Shown: positions 47,932 to 59,760, numbered from the stretch's first letter. The stretch: 64,000 nucleotides of DNA from Escherichia coli (GCF_003018255.1 NZ_CP027440.1); one strand, 5' to 3'. The notes: generated by a model from the sequence alone, not told the origin. Numbers and translations: made by a program.

Positions 47932-48974
47932 GCCGTACGTTTCGGCGCATAGGTTGAAATAAACCGCGCAATGGCAGGTCCCGTCAGCAAAATACTGAAC
48001 AGGCGCAGGGTTTGCATCGCCATGATGAGCGCCATATCGGCATTGCTCCCTGCGGCGATGACCGCCACGGTATCAAGCCCGCCGGGGCTGGTGGCGAGGT
48101 AGGCGGTCATAAAATCAATATGCATAAACCGGGTCAGCCCCCACGCCATACCCGCACAAATAGCCAGCAGAGCAAAAATCGACAGCAGGATTTGCGGTAG
48201 CGGGCGCAATGCCCGCAGTAAGATTTGTTTATCGAAACCAAGACCAATCCGCCAACCAATTGCCATATACGCCATCGCAAGCAGCCATTCCGGTAGTTCG
48301 ATGGTGATGAGCTGACCAGACTGGAGCACTGCGCCCGCCAGCATCGGGATGAGCATCGTGCCGGAAGGAAGACGTAGCAAGCATCCCACTGTACCGGCAA
48401 CGACCGCGAGCAAAATCGTAAGCAGGAGATTAATGCTCACTGGCGGAAACCAGACGATCTGCTGGTTAACCGCTTCAGCGTTATCGCCCAGCATCATGCG
48501 GGTGACCAGAACAGCGGCCCCTGCGACGAACAGCACTCGCAGATATTGCATAAACGCCACCAGGCGAATATCTGCGCCGTAATCTTGCGCCATAGCGACC
48601 ATTGCCGCCGCGCCGCCAGGAGAAGAACCCCAGGCACCGGTATTTCCAGGCAGTGAGCTATAGCGCACCAATAACCAACCCACGATGGCGCTGGAAAGTA
48701 ACGTCACCAGTAAAATAGCTAACACAATCGGCCAGTTCACCGCTAGCGTGGTCAGGATCGAACCGGTCAGGTTTTGCGCAATCATGCAGCCAAGAATGGC
48801 CTGGGCGGCGAGAAAAGCGGAGCGGGGAAGTTGCAGAGTAATTCCGCGCATACTAAAGATGATCCCGGCGATCATCGGCCCAAGTAATAGCGCCGCCGGG
48901 AGATGAACCGCGAGGAAACCAATTGAAAGGAGAAGTGAGAGCACACATAACATTCCCCACTGCAAAACTGGCAT
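47928..48974 (-). CDS. abrB: AbrB-family inner membrane protein (regulator of aidB)
   Basis: Track ORF 47928..49052 trimmed to the ATG at 48974: [37 protein letters not shown]..., 348 aa; its 3' end overlaps the nei stop by 4 nt (convergent). Confidence 0.85.
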   Translation of the reverse strand: MPVLQWGMLCVLSLLLSIGFLAVHLPAALLLGPMIAGIIFSMRGITLQLPRSAFLAAQAILGCMIAQNLTGSILTTLAVNWPIVLAILLVTLLSSAIVGWLLVRYSSLPGNTGAWGSSPGGAAAMVAMAQDYGADIRLVAFMQYLRVLFVAGAAVLVTRMMLGDNAEAVNQQIVWFPPVSINLLLTILLAVVAGTVGCLLRLPSGTMLIPMLAGAVLQSGQLITIELPEWLLAMAYMAIGWRIGLGFDKQILLRALRPLPQILLSIFALLAICAGMAWGLTRFMHIDFMTAYLATSPGGLDTVAVIAAGSNADMALIMAMQTLRLFSILLTGPAIARFISTYAPKRTA

Positions 48975-49089
48975 CCTTCGTTCCCTCATTATTTTTTCTT
49001 TGGTGTATCGATACAGCATAAAGAAAGCCGGGCCAGGAAAAAATAACAGCAATCAAGGAAAAGGGGAAAATCAGCAATTTTCTGAAAGA

Positions 49090-49118
49090 GAGGCCCTTTA
49101 CTAACTGCAAAGGGCATC
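49090..49118 (-). terminator. Putative terminator hairpin downstream of ybgO
   Basis: GCCCTTT-actaactgc-AAAGGGC stem-loop just after the ybgO stop; the U-tract is weak. Confidence 0.35.
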
Positions 49119-49126
49119 ATGATAAA

Positions 49127-50188
49127 TTAGTTATAGTTAATCTTAAAAAGCACCACTGTATCGAAGGGACCCGCTTCGATGGGGGTGCCGGGAATGGACG
49201 AAAGTTCAGCCGTATAGGTTTTTTCGTAGATCAGCATATCGCTGGTGAAATCAGCATATTCGCTGTATTTGTTGAAAGTATAGGGTGAAGAATTTTCATC
49301 CAGCAAACGTAGCTTCAGTCCATTACCAATCAGCAGTGCTTTATCCTCTTCAATCAATGTTTCTTCGGTATAAAACGAAGAGCTGACCTTAAATCCGTCG
49401 GTGCACTGGTCATTTTGTGATTTTGTCGTCTTAATACTGAATGTTTTCGACATTGTGTGGCGGCGAATATCCAGCAGGTTAAATTTACCAAAATCAATCA
49501 CCTGTGTTTCTGGTGAAATAGAAAAATTGACGCTGCAATCCAGTACACGAATGTTTTCCAGACCAGTAATATGGTATTTCAGGTTTTGGGCGGTAGGGTC
49601 TTCGTTAACGCTACCGGCACCATCAAATTGCACGACGATGTAGTCGCTAAGCGAACTTTGATAATCATGCGGCGGTATTTCGCGAATCTTAACGTATAAC
49701 CGCATACGAGCAAGAAAGGTTCGCGACATGTGAATATTAGCGGGGTCACCCGAGCATATTTTGTTCTGCCAGCCCATCGCGATAATCTGCTCAGGGGTAT
49801 AAATGTTAATGTTCTTACTGTCGATACACTGGTTGGTGTCGATGCGGCTTTTCCCCAGACTGGCATCGTAATCGACACCATTGTATGTCACGCCGAGTTG
49901 ATAATAACGATCCTGTACCCCCGGGTAGGGGTTTACCCATGCGTAGACATGTTCGCTTTCAAAGTTGCCGTTGGTATTGTTGTCACAATAGACGGGAATT
50001 TTAATATCGTCAGATTCCCAGATCTTATCGCCGGGTTTGGCATTACCTGGCACAGCAAAGGGTTGAATCGCTTCCGATTTTTCTACCGTTCCGCCGGAAG
50101 TACCAAAATAGCAGTTCAGCGCTAGCGCAGACTTCAATGGCAGAAATACCAGACAGATGACGAGCAACACTCCCTTGCCAGCACTCAT
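49127..50188 (-). CDS. ybgO: Putative fimbrial adhesin-like protein (tip subunit of the ybgD operon)
   Basis: Track ORF 49127..50218 trimmed to the ATG at 50188: [23 protein letters not shown]... (signal peptide), 353 aa; last gene of the chaperone-usher operon. Confidence 0.8.
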   Translation of the reverse strand: MSAGKGVLLVICLVFLPLKSALALNCYFGTSGGTVEKSEAIQPFAVPGNAKPGDKIWESDDIKIPVYCDNNTNGNFESEHVYAWVNPYPGVQDRYYQLGVTYNGVDYDASLGKSRIDTNQCIDSKNINIYTPEQIIAMGWQNKICSGDPANIHMSRTFLARMRLYVKIREIPPHDYQSSLSDYIVVQFDGAGSVNEDPTAQNLKYHITGLENIRVLDCSVNFSISPETQVIDFGKFNLLDIRRHTMSKTFSIKTTKSQNDQCTDGFKVSSSFYTEETLIEEDKALLIGNGLKLRLLDENSSPYTFNKYSEYADFTSDMLIYEKTYTAELSSIPGTPIEAGPFDTVVLFKINYN

Positions 50189-50916
50189 TTCTTCGCCTCC
50201 ACTGCTTGTAAACGGCATTGTCCGCTGCAGTTGAGCGTCGTCATGCGTAACGCGCCGTAATCATCCATATAACCGAGATAAAACTGACTGCCGCTATAAC
50301 TTCCGGTGTTTGTAATTACTGTACTAAAAGGCGCAACCATCACGGTTTTGAAGCCGGGAAGAACGCCTTTTTCATTTCTCCCCAGATAGGCAATGGTCAG
50401 ATAATACGCGGTAGGATTTTTCAGTGTCAGTTGGTTGCCCTGCTGGCTGACCTGTAACTGCAGTTCGACCTTTTCTCCTGCTTTCTTGCGTAATGCAGCC
50501 GGTCGCCAGAATACCTTGATACGACTCTGAATGGCGACTTGCAGAACGGCATGGCCGCTGTTTTTTTCTGGGGAGGGAGGAATTTCACGCATATTGTAGA
50601 AAAATAGCGTTTCGCGATCGCCCGGTAATTTTGTGGTCGAGGCTTGCTTTACTATCCGTACCTGCGTTGTTGCTTTCGGTTCCAGACGTTGTATCGGTGG
50701 CAGGGCAACCAGAAGATCATCGCTTTTCTCCCCTTTTTCATTTTCGAGCCAGGAATAAGCGAGGTAGGGGAGTTTATCGCTACGATTATCCACGCGCAGA
50801 CTGGTAGCTTTATCATTAGCGTTAAACACAATACGAGTGCGATCGGGTTGTAGTGCAGCGTGGCTGCACAGACTGGCAACCAACAACAAAAGGGGTAGTC
50901 CTTTCATAAATGTCAT
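50185..50916 (-). CDS. ybgP: Periplasmic fimbrial chaperone (PapD-like)
   Basis: Track ORF 50185..50940 (TTG start); ATG at 50916 has the best-spaced AAGGA: [20 protein letters not shown].... The exact start is uncertain (50922 and 50907 are alternatives). Confidence 0.8.
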   Translation of the reverse strand: MTFMKGLPLLLLVASLCSHAALQPDRTRIVFNANDKATSLRVDNRSDKLPYLAYSWLENEKGEKSDDLLVALPPIQRLEPKATTQVRIVKQASTTKLPGDRETLFFYNMREIPPSPEKNSGHAVLQVAIQSRIKVFWRPAALRKKAGEKVELQLQVSQQGNQLTLKNPTAYYLTIAYLGRNEKGVLPGFKTVMVAPFSTVITNTGSYSGSQFYLGYMDDYGALRMTTLNCSGQCRLQAVEAKK

Positions 50917-50930
50917 TTTCATTTCCTTAA

Positions 50931-53390
50931 TTAATGACAAGGTAAAATCAGGCGATTTGCGGTGTCTTCCATATGTTCAGGAAGATGGAGCGAGCAACGC
51001 TGGCTATCACCCCAGATCACGGTAAATTGTTGATTTTCAGCGACTCCGCTTAACCAGGCATGTCCTTCCTCGCCAACCATCCCCACGCTAATGCCGCTGT
51101 TATCCTGGCGGATATCCGCACCGAGGGGAGGGAACTGACCGCTGGCGTTGCGAATGATGACGTTAACGTCTTTACCGGAACGGGAAGCCAGCGATTTGTA
51201 ACCTATCGCGCCTTCAATCCACGTTTCTTTGATAACGTTTTCTGCCACTGTTACGCCGTCGGGTAAGTCATTCATGTTCACCGCCACGGTGGAAGGCTGA
51301 TAACTGGAAATCAACGGCACCACCGCAATGCCAAAATGGTTGGTGTAGTCGAGATTGCCCTGAACCGGAATATCTGCCACGCCATCGGTACTGACCATCA
51401 GACGTGGTTCATTGGTGGAGCTGCGACGATGGAACGCCGCACCATATTGAGTTGCCGTGAAAGAACCGCTCCAGCTGCTGCTGACGGAACTGTAATCATT
51501 GGCGGCATAGGTACCAGAAATATCCCACTCACCCGCTGAACTCAGGTGCTGATAGTTACCGCTCACCTGGGCTCCATTATCCGGACGGTCGGATTGCAGT
51601 CCGGTAGACATGCCCCAGCTATTACGTTCATCTAACGTATCATTCCACGACATGCGGTGCGTGGTGCTGTGACTACTGTTTTGCATGTCATAACCGACCC
51701 GCCCCCCGTTACCGAAGGGGAGCGAAATCGACAGGTAAATCTGATTGTCGCGATCTTTATCTTCGTAATGGGTTGTATTGAATGACGTCGAGATCGAGAT
51801 ATCTCTCCAGTTACCAATATCAACATTAAAACCCGCCGTGATGTTGGCGGTCGTGGAGGCGTCTGCATTCCACCAGGTTTGATGCAGCAGGTTGGCGTAC
51901 AGATTGAGGTTCAGTGGGGTAATCGGTTGGCCCACGGATAAGCTGATCGTCTGTTTTTCGTCCTGCGCATCGCTGTTGTTGTATTTGTGATCCAGATAGT
52001 TGGCGTAGCTGTGAAAATGACGATCGGAGAAACGATAAGCGGCGAGCGAAATCGTGCTGTCGGTGGCATCCACTTGTTTGCTGTAATTAAAGCGGTAACT
52101 TAAGCCCCGCTCGTCCTGCTGAGTATCAAACTGACTACTGGCCCACGTGACATCAAACGACAATGCACCAAGCCACAGCATATTTTGCCCGATACCCATT
52201 GCGGCAGAATGGTAGTCGTCACCCGAAATCAGCAGGCCGCCGTACAGTGAGGTATTTGACAGCATCCCCCAGGAAACTTCATTGCTAAAAAAGGTTTCAT
52301 TTTCAGTTTGATGAGACATAGATGTTCGCGGCTGACCGGCAGCAAGTTTATAGCGAACCTGCCCCTGGCGCGTAAGGAAAGGCGTCGATGCTGCCGAAAC
52401 CTGGAAATTGTTCGCCCGACCATCTTCTTCCGTCACTTTGACATCTAACGTACCCTGGACGGACTGATTAAGGTCATCAATGATAAACGGACCTGGTGGG
52501 ACTTTCTTCTGGTAAATAACTCGCCCTGAGTGACTCACGGTGACGGTGGCGTTGGTTTGTGCAATGCCGCTGATTTGTGGGGCGTAGCCGCGTAGCTCCC
52601 ACGGTAACATCCGATCGTCACTTGCCAGTGCCGCGCCGGTATAAGAAAAGCCGTCGAAAATATTGGAACTGAAATCCGTTTCACCAAGGGTTAATTTTGA
52701 ACCTAATTGCGGTAATGGACGAAAAAGATAGGTGCGTGATATTTCGCCTGACTGTTCATGGTTATCATCGCTATCGGTCTGATTCAATTGGTAATCACTG
52801 CGTAAACGCCATGCTCCCGCGTTAATTCCGGCTGTTCCATAGGCGTTCAGGTTAGTGCTGTTGCTACCATCCTGTGGGCGGTAGCTGCTTGCAAACAGGT
52901 TGTAGTCCATCAGGACGCCGGCGACACCTTCTTTCCATGTTGAGGGGGGAGTCCAGTTATCTGAGTGCCACGCCAGCCAGGCTTGTGGAATAGTGATATT
53001 CAGTTGCTGGCTAGCCTGATCAAAAATGAAGAGAATTTCAGGCCGGGAGCTAAAATCGACGCACTGGTTTAACCGTGGTAACGACTGACGAACTTCAGGT
53101 TTTAAACCAAATTTATCTACCAGTAAATCATTAATACACGGAATGGTTTGGTCACCGTTCTTTTTCCAGTCAATTTTTTGTCCGTTACTGATTTGGTTGT
53201 TATTTACTGCAACGCTAACAAAATATTCACCGGGAACAATGACCCCTTTTCCCTTTAATAATGAAATATCAATGCGATCTCGCATCGATTTATCGAGGAC
53301 ATTCAGGTTGAATTCGACCGCCAATGCGCAAGGCATCGCCATGACCAGACAGGATATAAAAGAGAGTCGATAAATATTCACGGTGTCCAT
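50931..53390 (-). CDS. ybgQ: Outer membrane fimbrial usher
   Basis: About 820-aa ORF; the first ATG at 53390 gives MDTVNIYRLSFISCLVMAMPCALA...; large beta-barrel usher architecture. Confidence 0.85.
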   Translation of the reverse strand: MDTVNIYRLSFISCLVMAMPCALAVEFNLNVLDKSMRDRIDISLLKGKGVIVPGEYFVSVAVNNNQISNGQKIDWKKNGDQTIPCINDLLVDKFGLKPEVRQSLPRLNQCVDFSSRPEILFIFDQASQQLNITIPQAWLAWHSDNWTPPSTWKEGVAGVLMDYNLFASSYRPQDGSNSTNLNAYGTAGINAGAWRLRSDYQLNQTDSDDNHEQSGEISRTYLFRPLPQLGSKLTLGETDFSSNIFDGFSYTGAALASDDRMLPWELRGYAPQISGIAQTNATVTVSHSGRVIYQKKVPPGPFIIDDLNQSVQGTLDVKVTEEDGRANNFQVSAASTPFLTRQGQVRYKLAAGQPRTSMSHQTENETFFSNEVSWGMLSNTSLYGGLLISGDDYHSAAMGIGQNMLWLGALSFDVTWASSQFDTQQDERGLSYRFNYSKQVDATDSTISLAAYRFSDRHFHSYANYLDHKYNNSDAQDEKQTISLSVGQPITPLNLNLYANLLHQTWWNADASTTANITAGFNVDIGNWRDISISTSFNTTHYEDKDRDNQIYLSISLPFGNGGRVGYDMQNSSHSTTHRMSWNDTLDERNSWGMSTGLQSDRPDNGAQVSGNYQHLSSAGEWDISGTYAANDYSSVSSSWSGSFTATQYGAAFHRRSSTNEPRLMVSTDGVADIPVQGNLDYTNHFGIAVVPLISSYQPSTVAVNMNDLPDGVTVAENVIKETWIEGAIGYKSLASRSGKDVNVIIRNASGQFPPLGADIRQDNSGISVGMVGEEGHAWLSGVAENQQFTVIWGDSQRCSLHLPEHMEDTANRLILPCH

Positions 53391-53440
53391 ACCTGATAAA
53401 TATTTGAAGAAAGGCAGCGATAGCGCCGCCAAAGTGATAC

Positions 53441-54007
53441 TTATTTATAATCCAGCACGTAGGTTGCATTCGCCGTAACTGCACCTGGCGTTACAGGTGT
53501 TGCCTGATCAATTTGTTCCATCCAGGCAAAGAAATTCAGCGTTTGCTCGCTGGAGGTCGGAGCCAGGTCGATATCTGGAGTCGCGGTGCCTAAAACGATA
53601 TTGCTTTGATCTTTATTCATTAAACGCACGCCGACACCGGTGGCTTCACCCGTGCTGGTGTTGTTGAGAATCGGATCTGCGCCGGTGGTTTTCGCTGAGC
53701 TGTCAAAGGTGACTGCAACTTTAGAAATCTTGCCGCCGGAACCGTTGTTGGAGTTTTCCAAATCGCAGTTGACTAAGCGCAGGTCGACAGCAACGGCATC
53801 GCTGTGATGTGACTGATTAATGTGGCTGGTGGTCACCTGACCGAGTTCAACCTCTTTATCAATATCATCCTGATGTATTTCACACGGTGCTTCAATAACT
53901 TCACCTTTAAAGTGAATTTCACCGGATCCTTCATCAGCCGCATAAACAGGTGCTGTGAATAGCAGAGATATGGCCAGTGCGGCCAATGTTTTTTGTCCTT
54001 TAAACAT
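53441..54007 (-). CDS. ybgD: Fimbrial major subunit (FimA-like pilin)
   Basis: Track ORF 53441..54094 trimmed to the ATG at 54007: MFKGQKTLAALAISLLFTAPVYA (signal peptide), 188 aa, C-terminal ...ATYVLDYK donor-strand-type tail. Confidence 0.85.
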   Translation of the reverse strand: MFKGQKTLAALAISLLFTAPVYAADEGSGEIHFKGEVIEAPCEIHQDDIDKEVELGQVTTSHINQSHHSDAVAVDLRLVNCDLENSNNGSGGKISKVAVTFDSSAKTTGADPILNNTSTGEATGVGVRLMNKDQSNIVLGTATPDIDLAPTSSEQTLNFFAWMEQIDQATPVTPGAVTANATYVLDYK

Positions 54008-54334
54008 AGCTGAGTCCTTTAAATAATGAGATAGAGTGTTGCGAGGCAAGAATATATTAACTGACAGTTGAATGTATTTGGTTTTATTTAACAATATTAA
54101 AAAGCTTGTTATATAAAGAATGGAATAATTGAGTGCATAAATTTATTGTTTAATGAGATGAAAGATGGGGTGGGATGGATATGCATAATTTTCATTGGGT
54201 TAACAATGCTACCGGCAGGAAAGTAAAAAAATAAACTTATCATTCTGCTCAGTATGTGGCTTGTCACATTTTTTCACCTTATTAATGGGTATTTGCATCT
54301 GGTTTAATTTTTACAATTTATTATGTTCAGCCAT

Positions 54335-54368
54335 ATAAAAAAGAACCCGCTCTATTAAAGGCGGGTCC
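54335..54368 (-). terminator. gltA rho-independent terminator
   Basis: Minus strand reads GGACCCGC-ctttaataga-GCGGGTTC followed by T6, 30 bp after the gltA stop. Confidence 0.6.
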
Positions 54369-54396
54369 GGAAAGTAAACGGCTTAGCAATCAACCA

Positions 54397-55680
54397 TTAA
54401 CGCTTGATGTCGCTTTTAAAGTCGCGTTTTTCATATCCTGTATACAGTTGACGCGGACGGGCAATCTTCATACCGTCACTGTGCATTTCGCTCCAGTGGG
54501 CGATCCAGCCAACGGTGCGTGCCATAGCGAAGATCACGGTGAACATAGAAGACGGAATACCCATCGCTTTCAGGATGATACCAGAGTAGAAATCGACGTT
54601 CGGATAGAGTTTCTTCTCGATAAAGTACGGGTCGTTCAGCGCGATGTTTTCCAGCTCCATAGCCACTTCCAGCAGGTCATCTTTGGTACCCAGCTCTTTC
54701 AGCACTTCATGGCAGGTTTCACGCATTACGGTGGCGCGCGGGTCGTAATTTTTGTACACGCGGTGACCGAAGCCCATCAGGCGGAAAGAATCATTTTTAT
54801 CTTTCGCACGACGAACAAATTCCGGAATGTGTTTAACGGAGCTGATTTCTTCCAGCATTTTCAGCGCCGCTTCGTTAGCACCACCGTGCGCAGGTCCCCA
54901 CAGTGAAGCAATACCTGCTGCGATACAGGCAAACGGGTTCGCCCCCGAAGAGCCAGCGGTACGCACGGTGGAGGTGGAGGCGTTCTGTTCATGGTCAGCG
55001 TGCAGGATCAGAATACGGTCCATAGCACGTTCCAGAATCGGATTAACTTCATACGGTTCGCACGGCGTAGAGAACATCATATTCAGGAAGTTACCGGCGT
55101 AGGAGAGATCGTTGCGCGGGTAAACAAATGGCTGACCAATGGAATACTTGTAACACATCGCGGCCATGGTCGGCATTTTCGACAGCAGGCGGAACGCGGC
55201 AATTTCACGGTGACGAGGATTGTTAACATCCAGCGAGTCGTGATAGAACGCCGCCAGCGCGCCGGTAATACCACACATGACTGCCATTGGATGCGAGTCG
55301 CGACGGAAAGCATGGAACAGACGGGTAATCTGCTCGTGGATCATGGTATGACGGGTCACCGTAGTTTTAAATTCGTCATACTGTTCCTGAGTCGGTTTTT
55401 CACCATTCAGCAGGATGTAACAAACTTCCAGGTAGTTAGAATCGGTCGCCAGCTGATCGATCGGGAAACCGCGGTGCAGCAAAATACCTTCATCACCATC
55501 AATAAAAGTAATTTTAGATTCGCAGGATGCGGTTGAAGTGAAGCCTGGGTCAAAGGTGAATACACCTTTTGAACCGAGAGTACGGATATCAATAACATCT
55601 TGACCCAGCGTGCCTTTCAGCACATCCAGTTCAACAGCTGTATCCCCGTTGAGGGTGAGTTTTGCTTTTGTATCAGCCAT
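54397..55680 (-). CDS. gltA: Citrate synthase
   Basis: 427-aa [50 protein letters not shown]... Confidence 0.97.
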   Translation of the reverse strand: MADTKAKLTLNGDTAVELDVLKGTLGQDVIDIRTLGSKGVFTFDPGFTSTASCESKITFIDGDEGILLHRGFPIDQLATDSNYLEVCYILLNGEKPTQEQYDEFKTTVTRHTMIHEQITRLFHAFRRDSHPMAVMCGITGALAAFYHDSLDVNNPRHREIAAFRLLSKMPTMAAMCYKYSIGQPFVYPRNDLSYAGNFLNMMFSTPCEPYEVNPILERAMDRILILHADHEQNASTSTVRTAGSSGANPFACIAAGIASLWGPAHGGANEAALKMLEEISSVKHIPEFVRRAKDKNDSFRLMGFGHRVYKNYDPRATVMRETCHEVLKELGTKDDLLEVAMELENIALNDPYFIEKKLYPNVDFYSGIILKAMGIPSSMFTVIFAMARTVGWIAHWSEMHSDGMKIARPRQLYTGYEKRDFKSDIKR

Positions 55681-56388
55681 TTAAGGTCTCCTTAGCGCCT
55701 TATTGCGTAAGACTGCCGGAACTTAAATTTGCCTTCGCACATCAACCTGGCTTTACCCGTTTGTTATTTGGCTCGCCGCTCTGTGAAAGAGGGGAAAACC
55801 TGGGTACAGAGCTCTGGGCGCTTGCAGGTAAAGGATCCATTGATGACGAATAAATGGCGAATCAAGTACTTAGCAATCCGAATTATTAAACTTGTCTACC
55901 ACTAATAACTGTCCCGAATGAATTGGTCAATACTTCCACACTGTTACATAAGTTAATCTTAGGTGAAATACCGACTTCATAACTTTTACGCATTATATGC
56001 TTTTCCTGGTAATGTTTGTAACAACTTTGTTGAATGATTGTCAAATTAGATGATTAAAAATTAAATAAATGTTGTTATCGTGACCTGGATCACTGTTCAG
56101 GATAAAACCCGACAAACTATATGTAGGTTAATTGTAATGATTTTGTGAACGGCCTATACTGCCGCCAGGTCTCCGGAACACCCTGCAATCCCGAGCCACC
56201 CAGCGTTGTAACGTGTCGTTTTCGCATCTGGAAGCAGTGTTTTGCATGACGCGCAGTTATAGAAAGGACGCTGTCTGACCCGCAAGCAGACCGGAGGAAG
56301 GAAATCCCGACGTCTCCAGGTAACAGAAAGTTAACCTCTGTGCCCGTAGTCCCCAGGGAATAATAAGAACAGCATGTGGGCGTTATTC
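55681..56388. promoter_or_regulatory. gltA-sdhC divergent intergenic control region
   Basis: 708-bp AT-rich spacer between divergent TCA-cycle operons; it holds the divergent promoters and, from the literature, the sdhC leader targeted by small RNAs. Individual sites were not resolved. Confidence 0.5.
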
Positions 56389-56778
56389 ATGATAAGAAAT
56401 GTGAAAAAACAAAGACCTGTTAATCTGGACCTACAGACCATCCGGTTCCCCATCACGGCGATAGCGTCCATTCTCCATCGCGTTTCCGGTGTGATCACCT
56501 TTGTTGCAGTGGGCATCCTGCTGTGGCTTCTGGGTACCAGCCTCTCTTCCCCTGAAGGTTTCGAGCAAGCTTCCGCGATTATGGGCAGCTTCTTCGTCAA
56601 ATTTATCATGTGGGGCATCCTTACCGCTCTGGCGTATCACGTCGTCGTAGGTATTCGCCACATGATGATGGATTTTGGCTATCTGGAAGAAACATTCGAA
56701 GCGGGTAAACGCTCCGCCAAAATATCCTTTGTTATTACTGTCGTGCTTTCACTTCTCGCAGGAGTCCTCGTATGGTAA
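56389..56778 (+). CDS. sdhC: Succinate dehydrogenase cytochrome b556 subunit
   Basis: Track ORF 56374..56778 trimmed to the ATG at 56389: [34 protein letters not shown]..., 129 aa. Confidence 0.92.
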
Positions 56779-57119
56779 GCAACGCCTCCGCATTAGGACG
56801 CAATGGCGTACATGATTTCATCCTCGTTCGCGCTACCGCTATCGTCCTGACGCTCTACATCATTTATATGGTCGGTTTTTTCGCTACCAGTGGCGAGCTG
56901 ACATATGAAGTCTGGATCGGTTTTTTCGCCTCTGCGTTCACCAAAGTGTTCACCCTGCTGGCGCTGTTTTCTATCTTGATCCATGCCTGGATCGGCATGT
57001 GGCAGGTGTTGACCGACTACGTTAAACCGCTGGCCTTGCGCCTGATGCTGCAACTGGTGATTGTCGTTGCTCTGGTGGTTTACGTGATTTATGGATTCGT
57101 TGTGGTGTGGGGTGTGTGA
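56772..57119 (+). CDS. sdhD: Succinate dehydrogenase hydrophobic membrane anchor subunit
   Basis: 115-aa [40 protein letters not shown]... Confidence 0.95.
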
Positions 57120-58885
57120 TGAAATTGCCAGTCAGAGAATTTGATGCAGTTGTGATTGGTGCCGGTGGCGCAGGTATGCGCGCGGCGCTGCAAATTTCCC
57201 AGAGCGGCCAGACCTGTGCGCTGCTCTCTAAAGTCTTCCCGACCCGTTCCCATACCGTTTCTGCGCAAGGCGGCATTACCGTTGCGCTGGGTAATACCCA
57301 TGAAGATAACTGGGAATGGCATATGTACGACACCGTAAAAGGGTCGGACTATATCGGTGACCAGGACGCGATTGAATATATGTGTAAAACCGGGCCGGAA
57401 GCGATTCTGGAACTGGAACATATGGGCCTGCCGTTCTCGCGTCTTGATGATGGTCGTATCTATCAACGTCCGTTTGGCGGTCAGTCGAAAAACTTCGGCG
57501 GCGAGCAGGCGGCACGTACTGCGGCGGCAGCTGACCGTACCGGTCACGCACTGTTGCACACCCTTTATCAGCAGAACCTGAAAAACCACACCACCATTTT
57601 CTCCGAGTGGTATGCGCTGGATCTGGTGAAAAACCAGGATGGCGCGGTGGTCGGTTGTACCGCACTGTGCATCGAAACTGGTGAAGTGGTTTACTTCAAA
57701 GCTCGCGCTACCGTGCTGGCGACTGGCGGGGCAGGGCGTATTTATCAGTCCACTACCAACGCCCACATTAACACTGGCGACGGCGTCGGCATGGCTATCC
57801 GTGCAGGCGTACCAGTGCAGGATATGGAAATGTGGCAGTTCCACCCGACCGGTATTGCCGGTGCGGGCGTACTGGTCACCGAAGGTTGCCGTGGTGAAGG
57901 CGGTTATCTGCTGAACAAACATGGCGAACGCTTTATGGAGCGTTATGCGCCGAACGCCAAAGACCTGGCGGGCCGTGACGTGGTGGCGCGTTCCATCATG
58001 ATCGAAATCCGTGAAGGCCGCGGCTGTGATGGTCCGTGGGGGCCACACGCAAAACTGAAACTTGACCATCTGGGGAAAGAAGTTCTCGAATCCCGTCTGC
58101 CGGGTATTCTGGAACTCTCCCGCACCTTCGCTCACGTTGATCCGGTGAAAGAGCCGATTCCGGTAATTCCAACCTGTCACTACATGATGGGCGGTATTCC
58201 GACCAAAGTGACCGGTCAGGCGCTGACTGTGAATGAGAAAGGCGAAGATGTGGTTGTTCCGGGGCTGTTTGCCGTTGGTGAAATCGCTTGTGTATCGGTA
58301 CATGGCGCTAACCGTCTGGGCGGCAACTCGCTGCTGGACCTGGTCGTATTTGGTCGTGCGGCAGGTCTGCATCTGCAAGAGTCTATTGCCGAGCAGGGCG
58401 CACTGCGCGATGCCAGCGAGTCTGATGTAGAAGCGTCTCTGGATCGCCTGAACCGCTGGAACAATAACCGTAACGGTGAAGATCCGGTGGCGATCCGTAA
58501 AGCACTGCAAGAATGTATGCAGCATAACTTCTCGGTCTTCCGTGAAGGTGATGCGATGGCGAAAGGGCTTGAGCAGTTGAAAGTTATCCGCGAGCGTCTG
58601 AAAAATGCCCGTCTGGATGACACTTCCAGCGAGTTCAACACCCAGCGCGTTGAGTGCCTGGAACTGGATAACCTGATGGAAACGGCGTATGCAACGGCTG
58701 TTTCTGCCAACTTCCGTACCGAAAGCCGTGGCGCGCATAGCCGCTTCGACTTCCCGGATCGCGATGATGAAAACTGGCTGTGCCACTCCCTGTATCTGCC
58801 AGAGTCGGAATCCATGACGCGCCGAAGCGTCAACATGGAACCGAAACTGCGCCCGGCATTCCCGCCGAAGATTCGTACTTACTAA
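57119..58885 (+). CDS. sdhA: Succinate dehydrogenase flavoprotein subunit
   Basis: Track ORF 57107..58885 trimmed to the ATG at 57119 (overlapping the sdhD stop): [25 protein letters not shown]..., 588 aa. Confidence 0.95.
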   Translation: MKLPVREFDAVVIGAGGAGMRAALQISQSGQTCALLSKVFPTRSHTVSAQGGITVALGNTHEDNWEWHMYDTVKGSDYIGDQDAIEYMCKTGPEAILELEHMGLPFSRLDDGRIYQRPFGGQSKNFGGEQAARTAAAADRTGHALLHTLYQQNLKNHTTIFSEWYALDLVKNQDGAVVGCTALCIETGEVVYFKARATVLATGGAGRIYQSTTNAHINTGDGVGMAIRAGVPVQDMEMWQFHPTGIAGAGVLVTEGCRGEGGYLLNKHGERFMERYAPNAKDLAGRDVVARSIMIEIREGRGCDGPWGPHAKLKLDHLGKEVLESRLPGILELSRTFAHVDPVKEPIPVIPTCHYMMGGIPTKVTGQALTVNEKGEDVVVPGLFAVGEIACVSVHGANRLGGNSLLDLVVFGRAAGLHLQESIAEQGALRDASESDVEASLDRLNRWNNNRNGEDPVAIRKALQECMQHNFSVFREGDAMAKGLEQLKVIRERLKNARLDDTSSEFNTQRVECLELDNLMETAYATAVSANFRTESRGAHSRFDFPDRDDENWLCHSLYLPESESMTRRSVNMEPKLRPAFPPKIRTY

Positions 58886-58900
58886 TGCGGAGACAGGAAA

Positions 58901-59617
58901 ATGAGACTCGAGTTTTCAATTTATCGCTATAACCCGGATGTTGATGATGCTCCGCGTATGCAGGATTACACCCTGGAAGCGGAAGAAGGTCGTGACATGA
59001 TGCTGCTGGATGCGCTTATCCAGCTGAAAGAGAAAGATCCCAGCCTGTCGTTCCGTCGCTCCTGCCGTGAAGGTGTGTGCGGTTCCGACGGTCTGAACAT
59101 GAACGGCAAGAATGGTCTGGCCTGTATTACCCCGATTTCGGCACTCAACCAGCCGGGCAAGAAGATTGTGATTCGCCCGCTGCCAGGTTTACCGGTGATC
59201 CGCGATTTGGTGGTAGACATGGGACAATTCTATGCGCAATATGAGAAAATTAAGCCTTACCTGTTGAATAATGGACAAAATCCGCCAGCTCGCGAGCATT
59301 TACAGATGCCAGAGCAGCGCGAAAAACTCGACGGGTTGTATGAATGTATTCTCTGCGCATGTTGTTCAACCTCTTGTCCGTCTTTCTGGTGGAATCCCGA
59401 TAAGTTTATCGGCCCGGCAGGCTTGTTAGCGGCATATCGTTTCCTGATCGATAGCCGTGATACCGAGACTGACAGCCGCCTCGACGGTTTGAGCGATGCA
59501 TTCAGTGTATTCCGCTGTCACAGCATCATGAACTGCGTCAGTGTATGTCCGAAGGGGCTGAACCCGACGCGCGCCATCGGCCATATCAAGTCGATGTTGT
59601 TGCAACGTAATGCGTAA
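58901..59617 (+). CDS. sdhB: Succinate dehydrogenase iron-sulfur subunit
   Basis: 238-aa ORF with Cys clusters CREGVCGSDGLNMNG and CILCACCSTSCP. Confidence 0.96.
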   Translation: MRLEFSIYRYNPDVDDAPRMQDYTLEAEEGRDMMLLDALIQLKEKDPSLSFRRSCREGVCGSDGLNMNGKNGLACITPISALNQPGKKIVIRPLPGLPVIRDLVVDMGQFYAQYEKIKPYLLNNGQNPPAREHLQMPEQREKLDGLYECILCACCSTSCPSFWWNPDKFIGPAGLLAAYRFLIDSRDTETDSRLDGLSDAFSVFRCHSIMNCVSVCPKGLNPTRAIGHIKSMLLQRNA

Positions 59618-59620
59618 ACC

Positions 59621-59738
59621 GTAGGCCTGAGAAGACGCGCAAGCGTCGCATCAGGCAACCAGTGCCGGATGCGGCGTGAACGCCTTATCCGGCCTACAAG
59701 TCATTACCCGTAGGCCTGATAAGCGCAGCGCATCAGGC
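59621..59738. repeat. Cluster of three REP units (BIME) in the sdhB-sucA spacer
   Basis: gtaggcctgagaagacgcgcaagcgtcgcatcaggc / gccggatgcggcgtgaacgccttatccggcctac / gtaggcctgataagcgcagcgcatcaggc, alternating orientation. Confidence 0.75.
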
Positions 59739-59760
59739 GTAACAAAGAAATGCAGGAAAT

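Noticed and set aside
57089-58786. 565-aa minus-strand ORF antisense to sdhA (and 58216..58836)
   Set aside because: Reverse-frame artefact of a highly expressed, codon-biased gene.
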